From a virus (taxonomy: Duplodnaviria; Caudoviricetes): DNA of 32,667 nucleotides. Shown piece after piece: positions 7,918 through 16,431 of this stretch. Made by a program: the position numbers and the translations under genes. The DNA lies in the IMG/VR virus record IMGVR_UViG_3300031229_000008, positions 1-32,667 of that record. One strand, written 5' to 3'. The first letter of the stretch is position 1. Each line of letters opens with the position of its first letter. The notes under the pieces are model-generated. The model was not told the DNA's origin. It searched no databases and saw only the letters and a list, made by a program, of their open reading frames with translations.

Positions 7918-8859
7918 ATGAGCGACACCGCGATCAAGAAGATGGTGGACTCCTTCGGGAGGTCCCAGGAAGAGAACGCCCAGCGCCTCGAGATCATGGA
8001 GGCAGCCAACGAGGAGGCCCGGGACAACTGGGACGACCCCCAGTACCGTCGCGACTTCGCCGCCGAGCTCACCGAGAGCATCCTTCTCGGCTTCGAGTAC
8101 GAGACCCTCATCGACCGCTGGATCGACACCGAGCGGACCGACTTCAACGGTCGGATCTTCATCCGCGAGGCCGGCGGCCTGAAGGCCTTCTACATGGCCC
8201 GTGGCGGCTACATCGAGGCGTCCGAGCTGACTGCGGAGATCTCCGAGGTCCCGCGCGACATGCTCGGTGTCCACGTGTGGGAGTTCGAGGACAAGTTCCT
8301 CACGAACTTCGGCGAGAGCGCGCAGGCCCTGCGTGACCTCTCGATCCGGCGCATGGACGCGGAGATCAACCGCCGCGTGCACACCGTGCTGTCGGAGGCC
8401 ATCCCTTCCGGCTCGCCGTACTACCTGGCCACCCCGGGGCTCTCCAAGCCCGGTGTGGACGCGGCCATCGCTGCCGTCCAGGACGCATCGGACTCCGGGA
8501 ACGTGGTGCTCGTCGGTCGCCCGACGATGACCCGTCAGATCATGGACTTCGACGGCTACGGCAACGAGACGCTGGAGGAGATCCGCAACAAGGGCGTCCT
8601 GGGTCAGTACCGGGGCGTGCCGATCGTCGAACTGCGGAACTACAAGGACGAGGACGGCAACCCGTACCTGCCGGCCAACGAGATGTGGATCATGACCCGC
8701 GACACGGGCAAGTTCGCGTTCTTCGGCGGTCTGAAGTCCAAGGAGTTCATGGAACTCGACAACTGGTACTGGCACTACCTGGCGCGGCGCGACACCGGGG
8801 TGCTCGTGCACCACCCGGAGCGCGCTCGCCGGCTGCTGGACACCAGCATCCCGGCCTGA
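7918..8859 (+). CDS. major capsid protein (HK97 fold inferred)
   Basis: 313 aa, strong GAGGAGG RBS, extreme codon bias, GVLGQYRGVPIV and terminal GVLVHHPE patterns, followed by a terminator. Confidence 0.85.
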   Translation: MSDTAIKKMVDSFGRSQEENAQRLEIMEAANEEARDNWDDPQYRRDFAAELTESILLGFEYETLIDRWIDTERTDFNGRIFIREAGGLKAFYMARGGYIEASELTAEISEVPRDMLGVHVWEFEDKFLTNFGESAQALRDLSIRRMDAEINRRVHTVLSEAIPSGSPYYLATPGLSKPGVDAAIAAVQDASDSGNVVLVGRPTMTRQIMDFDGYGNETLEEIRNKGVLGQYRGVPIVELRNYKDEDGNPYLPANEMWIMTRDTGKFAFFGGLKSKEFMELDNWYWHYLARRDTGVLVHHPERARRLLDTSIPA

Positions 8860-8883
8860 GCCTCAGGCTCATCAGCTGGATCG

Positions 8884-8919
8884 AAGCCCCCCACCCTCCA
8901 GGGTGGGGGGCTTTCGTCT
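8884..8919 (+). terminator. intrinsic terminator after major capsid gene
   Basis: aagccccccaccc / gggtggggggctt 13-bp stem, tcca loop, followed by tcgtct. Confidence 0.8.
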
Positions 8920-8931
8920 CGCCCCGAGTTG

Positions 8932-8955
8932 CATCCGAACGGGCATCTGGTCGAT
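8932..8955 (+). promoter_or_regulatory. repeated intergenic motif, copy 4
   Basis: catccgaacgggcatctggtCGAT after a terminator. Confidence 0.65.
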
Positions 8956-8994
8956 GCCCCCGGGCCCACTCGATGTGACCGGAGAGAAGCGACC

Positions 8995-9639
8995 ATGCAG
9001 CAGAAGATCCTGGGAGTCGTGCTTGCGGCGCTCCTCATCCTCCCGGCCGGGGCCTGGCTGCTCGCCACCGGCCCGGCCAGCGCCGCCGGCGACAAGATCA
9101 CGTTCTGCCACGCCACCGGTTCGGAGTCCAACCCGTACGTCCTGATCACCACGTCCAAGGCCGCCTTCTACCAGTCGGGCCATGTGGACCACGCCGGGGA
9201 CATCTATCCCGCCGGCGAGTACAAGGGTCAGTCGTGGCCGGCGCAGGGCGATCAGTCCATCCTGGCGAACGGGTGTGAGGTCTCCGATCCTGATCCCACG
9301 GAGACACCCGACCCGTCCGAGACACCGACGCCCACCGACCCCACCAGCGAGCCGACTCCCACTCCGACCGAGACGCCAACGGAGACCCCGACCGAGACTC
9401 CGACCCAGTCACCGACCCAGTCGCCCACCAGGTCATCCACGCCGTCGCCCACCAAGTCGCCGGAGTCCGACACGCTGGAGACGCGAACCGTGCAGCGCAA
9501 CTACTGCCGCAAGCACGTCACCCTGGTCCAGGAGCGGCGGAACGGCGGCCCGTGGGTGACGGTGGACCGCTATGTGCGGCACTACGCCAACGCCTGCAAC
9601 GAGGCGGGAGTGTTGGTCGCGCACGAGGAGGGCATGTAG
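8995..9639 (+). CDS. secreted protein with signal peptide, CHATGS..NPY domain and Pro/Thr-rich linker
   Basis: MQQKILGVVLAALLILPAGAWLLATGPASA signal peptide; KITFCHATGSESNPYVLI...GHVDHAGDI; PTETPTETPTQSPTQSPT repeats; GGAG RBS. Confidence 0.8.
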   Translation: MQQKILGVVLAALLILPAGAWLLATGPASAAGDKITFCHATGSESNPYVLITTSKAAFYQSGHVDHAGDIYPAGEYKGQSWPAQGDQSILANGCEVSDPDPTETPDPSETPTPTDPTSEPTPTPTETPTETPTETPTQSPTQSPTRSSTPSPTKSPESDTLETRTVQRNYCRKHVTLVQERRNGGPWVTVDRYVRHYANACNEAGVLVAHEEGM

Positions 9640-9648
9640 GCGGGTGCG

Positions 9649-9672
9649 AATCCGAACGTGCGTCTGACCGAT
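9649..9672 (+). promoter_or_regulatory. repeated intergenic motif, copy 5
   Basis: aatccgaacgtgcgtctgacCGAT. Confidence 0.65.
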
Positions 9673-9713
9673 GACTCCGGCAAGGAATTGGAACTGACCC
9701 GAGAGGACCCGTC

Positions 9714-10310
9714 ATGCGTCAAGGCAGCATCACCGACCAGGACCAGCACTTCACGGAGACCTGGGAGAACATCGCCACCCGAGGGAACGCCATCATCCGG
9801 CTCGACGCGCGAGGCGAGGAACGCCAGGAGGTCATCTCCGGCCGACGCAGCTTCATGCTCACCACCGAGGAACGGATCATCACCGAAACCAAGGTGCTCG
9901 ATTCCAAGGACGACCCGTTCAAGAACGGCGACTTCCGGCCGGTGATCGTCCCCGACTCGGTGACCATCGAGACCAACCCGAACGCGCTGTCGGATGAGGA
10001 GATCGTCCAGATGTTCGCGATCGGCGACGAGGCCTGGTCGCAGGTGCTGACGAGCCTGGACTCGGTGGCCACCCTGCGCCGGATGCTCGACCTGGCCGAG
10101 GATTACGAGGGCCTGACCATGAGGCGCTACCGCGACATGGAACACCGGCTGATCGAGGTGCGCGGCTCCGACCGGGTCCAGATCACCACCCAGGACCCCG
10201 ATCTGCGCAACTTCCTCAGCGATAAGCCGCGCGGCAGCCGGCAGAACCCCGCCAGCGGCCAGGACAATCCCCGCCGAGGCATGGGCGGTCGATCCAGCGA
10301 CTACCGGTGA
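9714..10310 (+). CDS. hypothetical phage protein (198 aa)
   Basis: GAGGA RBS, GC3 bias, post-capsid position. Confidence 0.75.
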   Translation: MRQGSITDQDQHFTETWENIATRGNAIIRLDARGEERQEVISGRRSFMLTTEERIITETKVLDSKDDPFKNGDFRPVIVPDSVTIETNPNALSDEEIVQMFAIGDEAWSQVLTSLDSVATLRRMLDLAEDYEGLTMRRYRDMEHRLIEVRGSDRVQITTQDPDLRNFLSDKPRGSRQNPASGQDNPRRGMGGRSSDYR

Positions 10311-10364
10311 CCTGCTTCTGACCCCACCGAGCGCCGATGAGTAGGCGAGAGTCAGGAGGTTCAG

Positions 10365-10865
10365 ATGGCCGTCGATTTGTACGACTACGTGGAGTCGGTC
10401 AAGCGTGAGATCGAGCCGCCAGGTACCGAGCTGTTCGCCGGAGTTGCCGAGGCGGAATGGGTGGGGTACCTCTCCGACGCGTTCTGGGAGGCGCGCCTGG
10501 ACGGCTTCCTGGAGGGGTACACCACCGACGAGGACCTGATCGTGCCCGTGGCGTCCGGGGCGGCCGACCTCGACCGGCGCTGGATGGCGCTGGTCGTGCT
10601 CTACGCCGGCGTGAAGGTGCTGCGCAACCGGATCCTGAACTTGAACATGGCGTTCCGCGCCAAGGCGGGTCCGGTGGAGTTCGAGCAGGAGAACAGCGCG
10701 ATGGTGCTCGCGGAGATGCTGCGCCAGCTGAGGGCCGCGAAGGACCGGATCCTCGATGAACTGGACGCCGACGAGACCAATGTCGTGGTGCTCGACGCCT
10801 TCTCCACCCGGCTCCACTCCCCGCTGAGCTACCACGGCGGGCCTGAGCTGACCGAGGGCTCCTGA
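10365..10865 (+). CDS. putative head-to-tail adaptor
   Basis: Synteny, size, helical N-part and KAGPVEFEQ hairpin; AGGAGG RBS. Confidence 0.6.
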   Translation: MAVDLYDYVESVKREIEPPGTELFAGVAEAEWVGYLSDAFWEARLDGFLEGYTTDEDLIVPVASGAADLDRRWMALVVLYAGVKVLRNRILNLNMAFRAKAGPVEFEQENSAMVLAEMLRQLRAAKDRILDELDADETNVVVLDAFSTRLHSPLSYHGGPELTEGS

Positions 10866-11365
10866 TGGTGCAGCCGGACTCGGCCCTGGGCTTCTCGGCG
10901 GACTTCCCGACCCAGACGGTGCGCAACGCGTTCCTGTTCGCCATGCAGCTGGGTAAGCCCAACGACGTCGCCCGCCAGGTGAGGTTCGTCAAGCGCTCCC
11001 CCGGCCGACGCTATTTCCTGGGTGATGAGGAGCAGTTCCAGCCGCCGCTGGGTGACCTGCGACTGGATCGAGACGGGCGTCCCTTGAACCCGCAGATCCG
11101 GGTCGAGCAGACCCCCGACACCGAGATCCCGGTCGACGTGGCCATCGAGCTCACCGAGGCGACGGCCGACGAACTGCCGGTGGGCAACTTCCGGCCGGTC
11201 AAGGCCACCGTGACCCTGATGGCTCAGGAGTACGAACAGATCAAGGGCTCCCGTGAGCTGAAGTACAACAACGACCGGTACGGCTTCGGCTACGAGCTCG
11301 ACGCCACCGGCCTGTTCGACCTCACCGTCCACACGCTGATCTTTTTCGCGCTCAATGAGTCTTGA
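10865..11365 (+). CDS. putative head-to-tail stopper
   Basis: Synteny, beta-rich 166 aa, TGATG coupling. Confidence 0.5.
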   Translation: MVQPDSALGFSADFPTQTVRNAFLFAMQLGKPNDVARQVRFVKRSPGRRYFLGDEEQFQPPLGDLRLDRDGRPLNPQIRVEQTPDTEIPVDVAIELTEATADELPVGNFRPVKATVTLMAQEYEQIKGSRELKYNNDRYGFGYELDATGLFDLTVHTLIFFALNES

Positions 11366-11378
11366 GCTGGAGCACCGG

Positions 11379-11483
11379 ATGGAGTGCGTGAGCTGCGGGC
11401 AGGTGTTCGACCCGATCAAGTACCGGTGGCTGTGCCCGATCTGTAAGACCAAGAATTCATGCTGCGAGGGAGAGCCGCTATGA
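11379..11483 (+). CDS. 34-aa zinc-ribbon microprotein
   Basis: MECVSCGQVFDPIKYRWLCPICKTKNSCCEGEPL; GGAG RBS; ATGA overlap with next gene. Confidence 0.7.
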   Translation: MECVSCGQVFDPIKYRWLCPICKTKNSCCEGEPL

Positions 11484-12112
11484 CCGAGACCGGAGTGACC
11501 GGCGGCTACGTCCGCCACCGCGACCGCATGGTCCAGGAGTCGGTGTTCGACGACCTGCGCGACACCCTGATCGCCTGCCGCTGGCTGGCCGGCACCACCG
11601 CCCACCCGGTGCGGGACCTGTACAACAACGACGCCTGGGGTGTCATCACCACCGCACCCGACCAGACCCTGCCGTTGCTGGAGGGCAACCCGATGGTGCT
11701 CATCGACTACTTCCCCGAGGCCGAGGGCGAGTCGGTGACCGGCGAGGCGGAGACCGGCCAGACCGCGCTCAACACGTTGGCCCTCGACAACGGCTCACGG
11801 ATTGCCTCGGGGCCGCGTGAACTGGGCAATCCCACGGCGGAGTATGTGACCTACCGGTTCAACATGGCGTTCTTCGCCGCCAGCGACGCGGTGGCCCAGG
11901 CCGTGTTCGGCGACCTGGCCGACCGGTACCGGGGTCGACTGGTCCGGCCCGACGCCATCGAGCTGTGGAACTACAACAGCCCGGCCGAGGAGCCCGTGGT
12001 CCGGATGTCGGTCGAAAGGTTCGAGTTCACCTCCAATACCGACCAGAGCATCGCGGCACACGAGGTGCACCTGTACTTTGCCGAACTCGAGGTCGATGAC
12101 GAAGTCGATTAG
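11480..12112 (+). CDS. putative tail terminator
   Basis: Synteny; ELG...YRFNMAFFA pattern; start moved to ATG 11480 (coupled, GGAG RBS). Confidence 0.55.
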   Translation: MTETGVTGGYVRHRDRMVQESVFDDLRDTLIACRWLAGTTAHPVRDLYNNDAWGVITTAPDQTLPLLEGNPMVLIDYFPEAEGESVTGEAETGQTALNTLALDNGSRIASGPRELGNPTAEYVTYRFNMAFFAASDAVAQAVFGDLADRYRGRLVRPDAIELWNYNSPAEEPVVRMSVERFEFTSNTDQSIAAHEVHLYFAELEVDDEVD

Positions 12113-12153
12113 TGACTGGAGTTCGCCGATGTATAGGCCAACACGAGGCTGAC

Positions 12154-12281
12154 TCAGGATCGACGGTTGGTCTCCCCCGCCGGGCGAGAAGACCGGCGTC
12201 AGGGAGCACCTGGATCCGCCGGCCCTTCTCGCCCGAAGAGTTCGGAAGGCATCAAGAGACGGCTGACGATGGGCCCCCTGG
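12154..12281 (+). ncRNA. candidate rod-shaped structured RNA
   Basis: Inner hairpin 12181-12235 (11-bp perfect stem plus 6 and ~5 bp); outer pairing 12159-12174 with 12256-12270; asymmetric central bubble. Confidence 0.4.
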
Positions 12282-12391
12282 CGGTGCACCCCAGAGTATG
12301 TCCCGGCTGCGGACAGCAGGACTCGCTGACCCTGATGGGGAACCACTGGCACTGCCGGATGTGCGGGATCGTCATCACGAAGAAGCATTGA
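12269..12391 (+). CDS. small zinc-ribbon protein (~35-40 aa; start uncertain)
   Basis: CPGCGQQDSLTLMGNHWHCRMCG; alternative GTG at 12284. Confidence 0.55.
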   Translation: MGPLAVHPRVCPGCGQQDSLTLMGNHWHCRMCGIVITKKH

Positions 12392-12557
12392 TCCGACGGG
12401 GTGTGGTTCAGGGAATGGGTCATCCAATCTCGCATGCCACCCGCGCTTTCGCGTAGACGCGACACGGTTCGACCCGGTGCCACCCACTCCATCTGCGCGT
12501 CCAGGACGCCGACTATCCCCACGGAGCTGGAGTTGTCCCCTGGAAGCGGGTCTGGAG

Positions 12558-12920
12558 ATGGACGTGAGTCTCGACGTCAGGAAGTTCCTCCGCAATCGGA
12601 GGGACCGGGCGGTCGGCACGATCCTTGGCTATGCCGAGAGCGAGCTCAAGCCGAAGCTCACGGCGGCCCAATGGGAGAGCCTGCGACGAGTGGTCCTCGA
12701 TGCGACCAACAGCTACCACGACACCGTGCTCGATCTGGTGAAGGCCGAGGACGTCGCGCGCAACGACCATCTGGTCACCCTGCTGGAGCGACTGGACCAG
12801 AACCTGTCGCGTCAGGCCCGGGAGGCAATCGCCGCCTCCGAGGCGGGCCATCAGGACCGGAAGCGGGCCATCGCCGAGCAGGAGGCGCGCCGCACCGCGC
12901 TGCTCGAGGCCCAGCAGTAG
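12558..12920 (+). CDS. hypothetical helical protein (120 aa)
   Basis: MDVSLDVRKFLRNRRDRAVG...; GC3 bias begins near ATG 12558. Confidence 0.7.
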   Translation: MDVSLDVRKFLRNRRDRAVGTILGYAESELKPKLTAAQWESLRRVVLDATNSYHDTVLDLVKAEDVARNDHLVTLLERLDQNLSRQAREAIAASEAGHQDRKRAIAEQEARRTALLEAQQ

Positions 12921-12941
12921 ATCCAGACGCGCGTTCATTCC

Positions 12942-12965
12942 AATTCCGGGGTGCGGCGAGCCGAT
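12942..12965 (+). promoter_or_regulatory. repeated intergenic motif, divergent copy 6
   Basis: aattccggggtgcggcgagcCGAT with the same spacing. Confidence 0.4.
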
Positions 12966-12996
12966 GACCCGGTGAGACCAGAGAGGTGGTGAGACC

Positions 12997-13680
12997 ATGC
13001 CGCAGCTGACCATGAAGGTGACCGACCGTCGGGGGACGTTCGACAGCGGTCTCAACAAGCGCCTGAAGGCTCTCCTCGACGCCGAACAGCGCGCCAAGCA
13101 GATGGCCGCGCGGGCCGCGACCACCAGCACGCGAGCGAACTTCCGCTACCGCCGCGAGGCGATCGAGCCCCGACGCGGCCGGTCCAGCACTGGCGGCCGG
13201 ATGAAGCAGCACCTGGAGTGGACGGTGCGCAATGACCGGGTGGAGTTCGATATCGACAAGGCCGACACCATGGTGCGGCACTGGATCATTCACGAGATCG
13301 GCACCGGTCAGCGCGCCACCATCCGGAAGGCCGCCGAGGCGAACCCGCTAGGTCGTCCGAAGAAGGGTGCGACCTACATCCGCACCGTGAAGTCCCAGCG
13401 TGGCCGGCGCATCAGCGGCGGGTTGGTGTTCGCCACCGGCGGGCGCTACTCCCAGCCCGGCGCACGCCGCGACGAGCAGCTGCACTGGGCCTCCAAGGTC
13501 CTCGGTGTTCCGCACTGGGGGCGGGCCCCGGGGGCTCGTCAGGCCGCCTCGATCCGGATCCGCCGCGAGATCGAGGGTCAGGGCTTCGTCAAGAAGGGCG
13601 GCGAGCACGGCTTCCGCGAGTACGAGCAGTCGGTACTGGCGGCAGCGCGACAAGCATTCCGAAAGGGCAGCCGGTCGTGA
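12997..13680 (+). CDS. basic tail-completion protein (HK97 gp10-like)
   Basis: Arg/Lys-rich; WIIHEIGTG resembles the E.GT motif; upstream of major tail. Confidence 0.55.
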   Translation: MPQLTMKVTDRRGTFDSGLNKRLKALLDAEQRAKQMAARAATTSTRANFRYRREAIEPRRGRSSTGGRMKQHLEWTVRNDRVEFDIDKADTMVRHWIIHEIGTGQRATIRKAAEANPLGRPKKGATYIRTVKSQRGRRISGGLVFATGGRYSQPGARRDEQLHWASKVLGVPHWGRAPGARQAASIRIRREIEGQGFVKKGGEHGFREYEQSVLAAARQAFRKGSRS

Positions 13681-13787
13681 GGGCGACGGGAGCTCCAAGG
13701 GGAGGTGTCGTGAACAAGACAAATGCAAACGTCTGGCTCATTGCTACCGGCCGAGCCTGGCGACACGTTCCGATGGAGGTGTAATCC

Positions 13788-15104
13788 ATGGCAATCAAGG
13801 CCGGACAGATCCTGCATGTGGCCAACCAGTTCGTCGTTGACCGGATTCAGACGGGCGGGCCGGGCGCGCTCAACATCCCGCAGGAGAAGGTCTACGAGCT
13901 CGGCAACTACCGGTCGGTGGGCATCGTCCGCGACGTCCCCGACCTGACCTTCTCCCTGGAGTGTCTCGACGTGGGCACCGAGGTGGAGTCGCTGCTGGTG
14001 GGGAACGCAGATCCGCACGCGGACCCCGTCAGCACCAAGTACGAGCTGGACAAGAACAAGCCGATCGACATCATCAGCCCGTGGAAGACGCCGCACGGCG
14101 AGTTCGAGACCGTCCACGGTGTTGCGGTGCCCTACCTGTACCTGGAGAGCGCCAGCTACCGGTACGGCCTGGCCGAGAACGCCGGCGAGACCTTCTCGCT
14201 GCGCGGCGACTCGATCTACTACATCCCCGGCACGCCATGGCAGGACATCACCGACGGCGGCACCGTTGCCGCCGCCGTGCCGGTTGACTCGCACACCTTC
14301 GAGCAGGGTCCGGCACTGGCCTACACCGAAGGTGGCGTGACCCGGTTCGCGTTGTGTGTCACGGTGGACGGCCAGCGGCTGATTCGGGGGACCGACTACA
14401 CCGAGACGGACACCGTCGTCACGTTCGTCGGTGAGTACGCCGGGATGACGGCGGCCAACAAGGTCTCCATCGTCTACGGTTCGGCCGTCTCGGCGACCTA
14501 CCCGCAGGCGGGTGCCACGCCGTACGGTGCCGGCGACGCCAACCTGGTCCACCAGGGCACCTCGATCAAGCCTGCCGCGATCCGAGGCAAGGACATCGAC
14601 GTGTACTTCTCCACGGCCATCCCGGGCGTCGACCTGGGCGCCGGGGTCGGCGCGCCGGTCGAGATCCGCTGGCCGGACGTCCAGTCGGCGACCGTCGACT
14701 GGGCGGTCACTCTCGAGGAGGATCGTGAGTTCGGCAACCCCAACGCCGTCGGCCGCGATGCGACCGATGTGCCGGCGGTGACCGGCGCGATCGAGCTCAA
14801 GCCGCGTTCGGTGGAGGCGTTCTTCACTCGGCTGCGCCAGGTCACCGGCGTGAACGACCTGGACCGGATCATGGGCCCGCAGTCGTCCCTGACCGGCGGC
14901 CTGCGCATCGAGCTGCGCAACCCGGACTCCGGCGGCACCACCGCTACGTTCAAGGGCGACATCCTGAAGACCCACTACGTCCCGGCGGCTCGGTTCACGA
15001 TGCCCGGCTACAGCGGCACCGTGCAGCAGAAGCTGACCACCACGCTGAACTACGAGTCCGACGACGGCCTGCTGGAGATCTTCAACGGGCCCCGACCCTC
15101 CTGA
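13788..15104 (+). CDS. major tail tube protein (438 aa)
   Basis: GGAGG RBS; VYELGN and REFGN repeated loops; followed by a terminator, chaperones and tape measure. Confidence 0.8.
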   Translation: MAIKAGQILHVANQFVVDRIQTGGPGALNIPQEKVYELGNYRSVGIVRDVPDLTFSLECLDVGTEVESLLVGNADPHADPVSTKYELDKNKPIDIISPWKTPHGEFETVHGVAVPYLYLESASYRYGLAENAGETFSLRGDSIYYIPGTPWQDITDGGTVAAAVPVDSHTFEQGPALAYTEGGVTRFALCVTVDGQRLIRGTDYTETDTVVTFVGEYAGMTAANKVSIVYGSAVSATYPQAGATPYGAGDANLVHQGTSIKPAAIRGKDIDVYFSTAIPGVDLGAGVGAPVEIRWPDVQSATVDWAVTLEEDREFGNPNAVGRDATDVPAVTGAIELKPRSVEAFFTRLRQVTGVNDLDRIMGPQSSLTGGLRIELRNPDSGGTTATFKGDILKTHYVPAARFTMPGYSGTVQQKLTTTLNYESDDGLLEIFNGPRPS

Positions 15105-15116
15105 CCCGCGCCCGAC

Positions 15117-15156
15117 AGCAAGGCCCCCGGATCCCATCCGGGGGCCTTGCTCATTC
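15117..15156 (+). terminator. terminator hairpin after major tail gene
   Basis: agcaaggcccccggat / atccgggggccttgct 16-bp perfect inverted repeat. Confidence 0.75.
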
Positions 15157-15176
15157 TCGACGGGTGTCCATCCGAT
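15153..15176 (+). promoter_or_regulatory. repeated intergenic motif, copy 7
   Basis: attctcgacgggtgtccatcCGAT immediately after the hairpin. Confidence 0.55.
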
Positions 15177-15242
15177 GCCCTCCATGACTCCCGGCTAGCA
15201 CCACGTGGCCGGTCCGGTCTGAATCTGAACTAGGAGCTGCGG

Positions 15243-16166
15243 ATGGCCAACATCAAGGCTCGGCGCTTGCTGAGCGACCTCTACAAGAGGGGCGTCGAGG
15301 TTCGCTTCGGCCGGGGGCCGGACGGCACGCCCCAGGGCTCCATCGCCCCCAAGGGGGAGGGCTGCTTCGTCAACGACGAGGGCAAGCCGATCCCACCCCA
15401 GAACGGCGAGATCCAGATGTGGGTCCAGGCGCCGTCCCCCCTGCACCGCGAGATGGCTCTGCGTGACGCCCAGGCATCACGCGCCCGCTCGCTGGTCAGG
15501 GCCAAGCGCGACGAGGACTCCGAGGAACACCTCACCATCATGGCGTTCCTGGCCGACATGAGCGACGAGACCCTCATCGACTACGTCCTTATCCAGGAGG
15601 AGCAGGACCGGCAGAACGAGGCCATGCGCGAGGTGATGGCCGGCGACGAGTGGCAGGACATGGCGTCCTACCAGGACGCGCTCCGCCAGTACGAGGAGGA
15701 TGAGCGGCCACAGGAGGAGCTCGACAAGGACCCCGAGTACCAGGCCCTGATGGAACTGGATGCCAAGTTCGGCCAACAGGTCCGTAAGCGGGAGAGCGAG
15801 CTGACCGACGCCGCGCGTCAGGCCCTCGGGATGCGGCCGCGCGCCGATGTGGAGAAGAAGGCGCTCGACAAGCGCGCCGAGATCGTCGGCACCCAGGCGT
15901 TCATGGCCGAGTACGAGCGGCAGATGCTGTTCTACTCGGTCCGCGACTTCGACGACAACGGCGTGCTGTTCTTCGAGTCCGCGCGCCAGCTCGCCGAGGC
16001 CGATGACCAGATTCGGACGACCATCCAAGACGCCATGTTGCCCTTCATCTCGGATGCGGCCGAAGCAAAAAACTTGCCAGGGGCGGTATCTGGCTCGGAC
16101 TCATCAGAGCCGCCCAACGCGCCGGAGACTTCCGCAGCCTCTACCCCCGAGGCTGTGAACGCGTAG
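15243..16166 (+). CDS. tail assembly chaperone (G-like, 307 aa)
   Basis: Between major tail and tape measure; carries a slippery heptamer. Confidence 0.75.
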   Translation: MANIKARRLLSDLYKRGVEVRFGRGPDGTPQGSIAPKGEGCFVNDEGKPIPPQNGEIQMWVQAPSPLHREMALRDAQASRARSLVRAKRDEDSEEHLTIMAFLADMSDETLIDYVLIQEEQDRQNEAMREVMAGDEWQDMASYQDALRQYEEDERPQEELDKDPEYQALMELDAKFGQQVRKRESELTDAARQALGMRPRADVEKKALDKRAEIVGTQAFMAEYERQMLFYSVRDFDDNGVLFFESARQLAEADDQIRTTIQDAMLPFISDAAEAKNLPGAVSGSDSSEPPNAPETSAASTPEAVNA

Positions 16167-16426
16167 ACGAGATCCCCTGGTACCTCCAGGTGGCCATCGA
16201 ACACGCGCTGAACGTATTGACGTGGCACGAGAACTTGCAGAAGGACGAGATACCTCCCGAGCACCTCTGGGAGGACGCCGAGGGACTTGAACAGTGGTGG
16301 CAGTGGATCGAGGACAAGCGTGCTGACGGGCGCGACTCGGTAGCTCCCACCAACAGGTCGGGCGATGACGATCCCGACCCGGGGATGGCCGAGAACGATC
16401 TTGCACGGTTCCTCAAGACGGGCTAG
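15243..16426 (+). CDS. tail assembly chaperone GT-like frameshift fusion (~394 aa)
   Basis: The -1 frame reads LARGGIWLGLIRAAQRAGDFRSLYPRGCERVDEIPWYLQVAIEH..., continuous with ORF 16190..16426. Confidence 0.8.
16067..16073 (+). other. programmed -1 ribosomal frameshift site A AAA AAC
   Basis: gca aaa aac in the zero frame; the -1 frame is open to TAG at 16426. Confidence 0.85.
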
Positions 16427-16431
16427 GGGTT

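Noticed and set aside
13788-15104. Contractile tail sheath interpretation
   Set aside because: No separate tube or baseplate wedge genes seen; the order fits a siphovirus.
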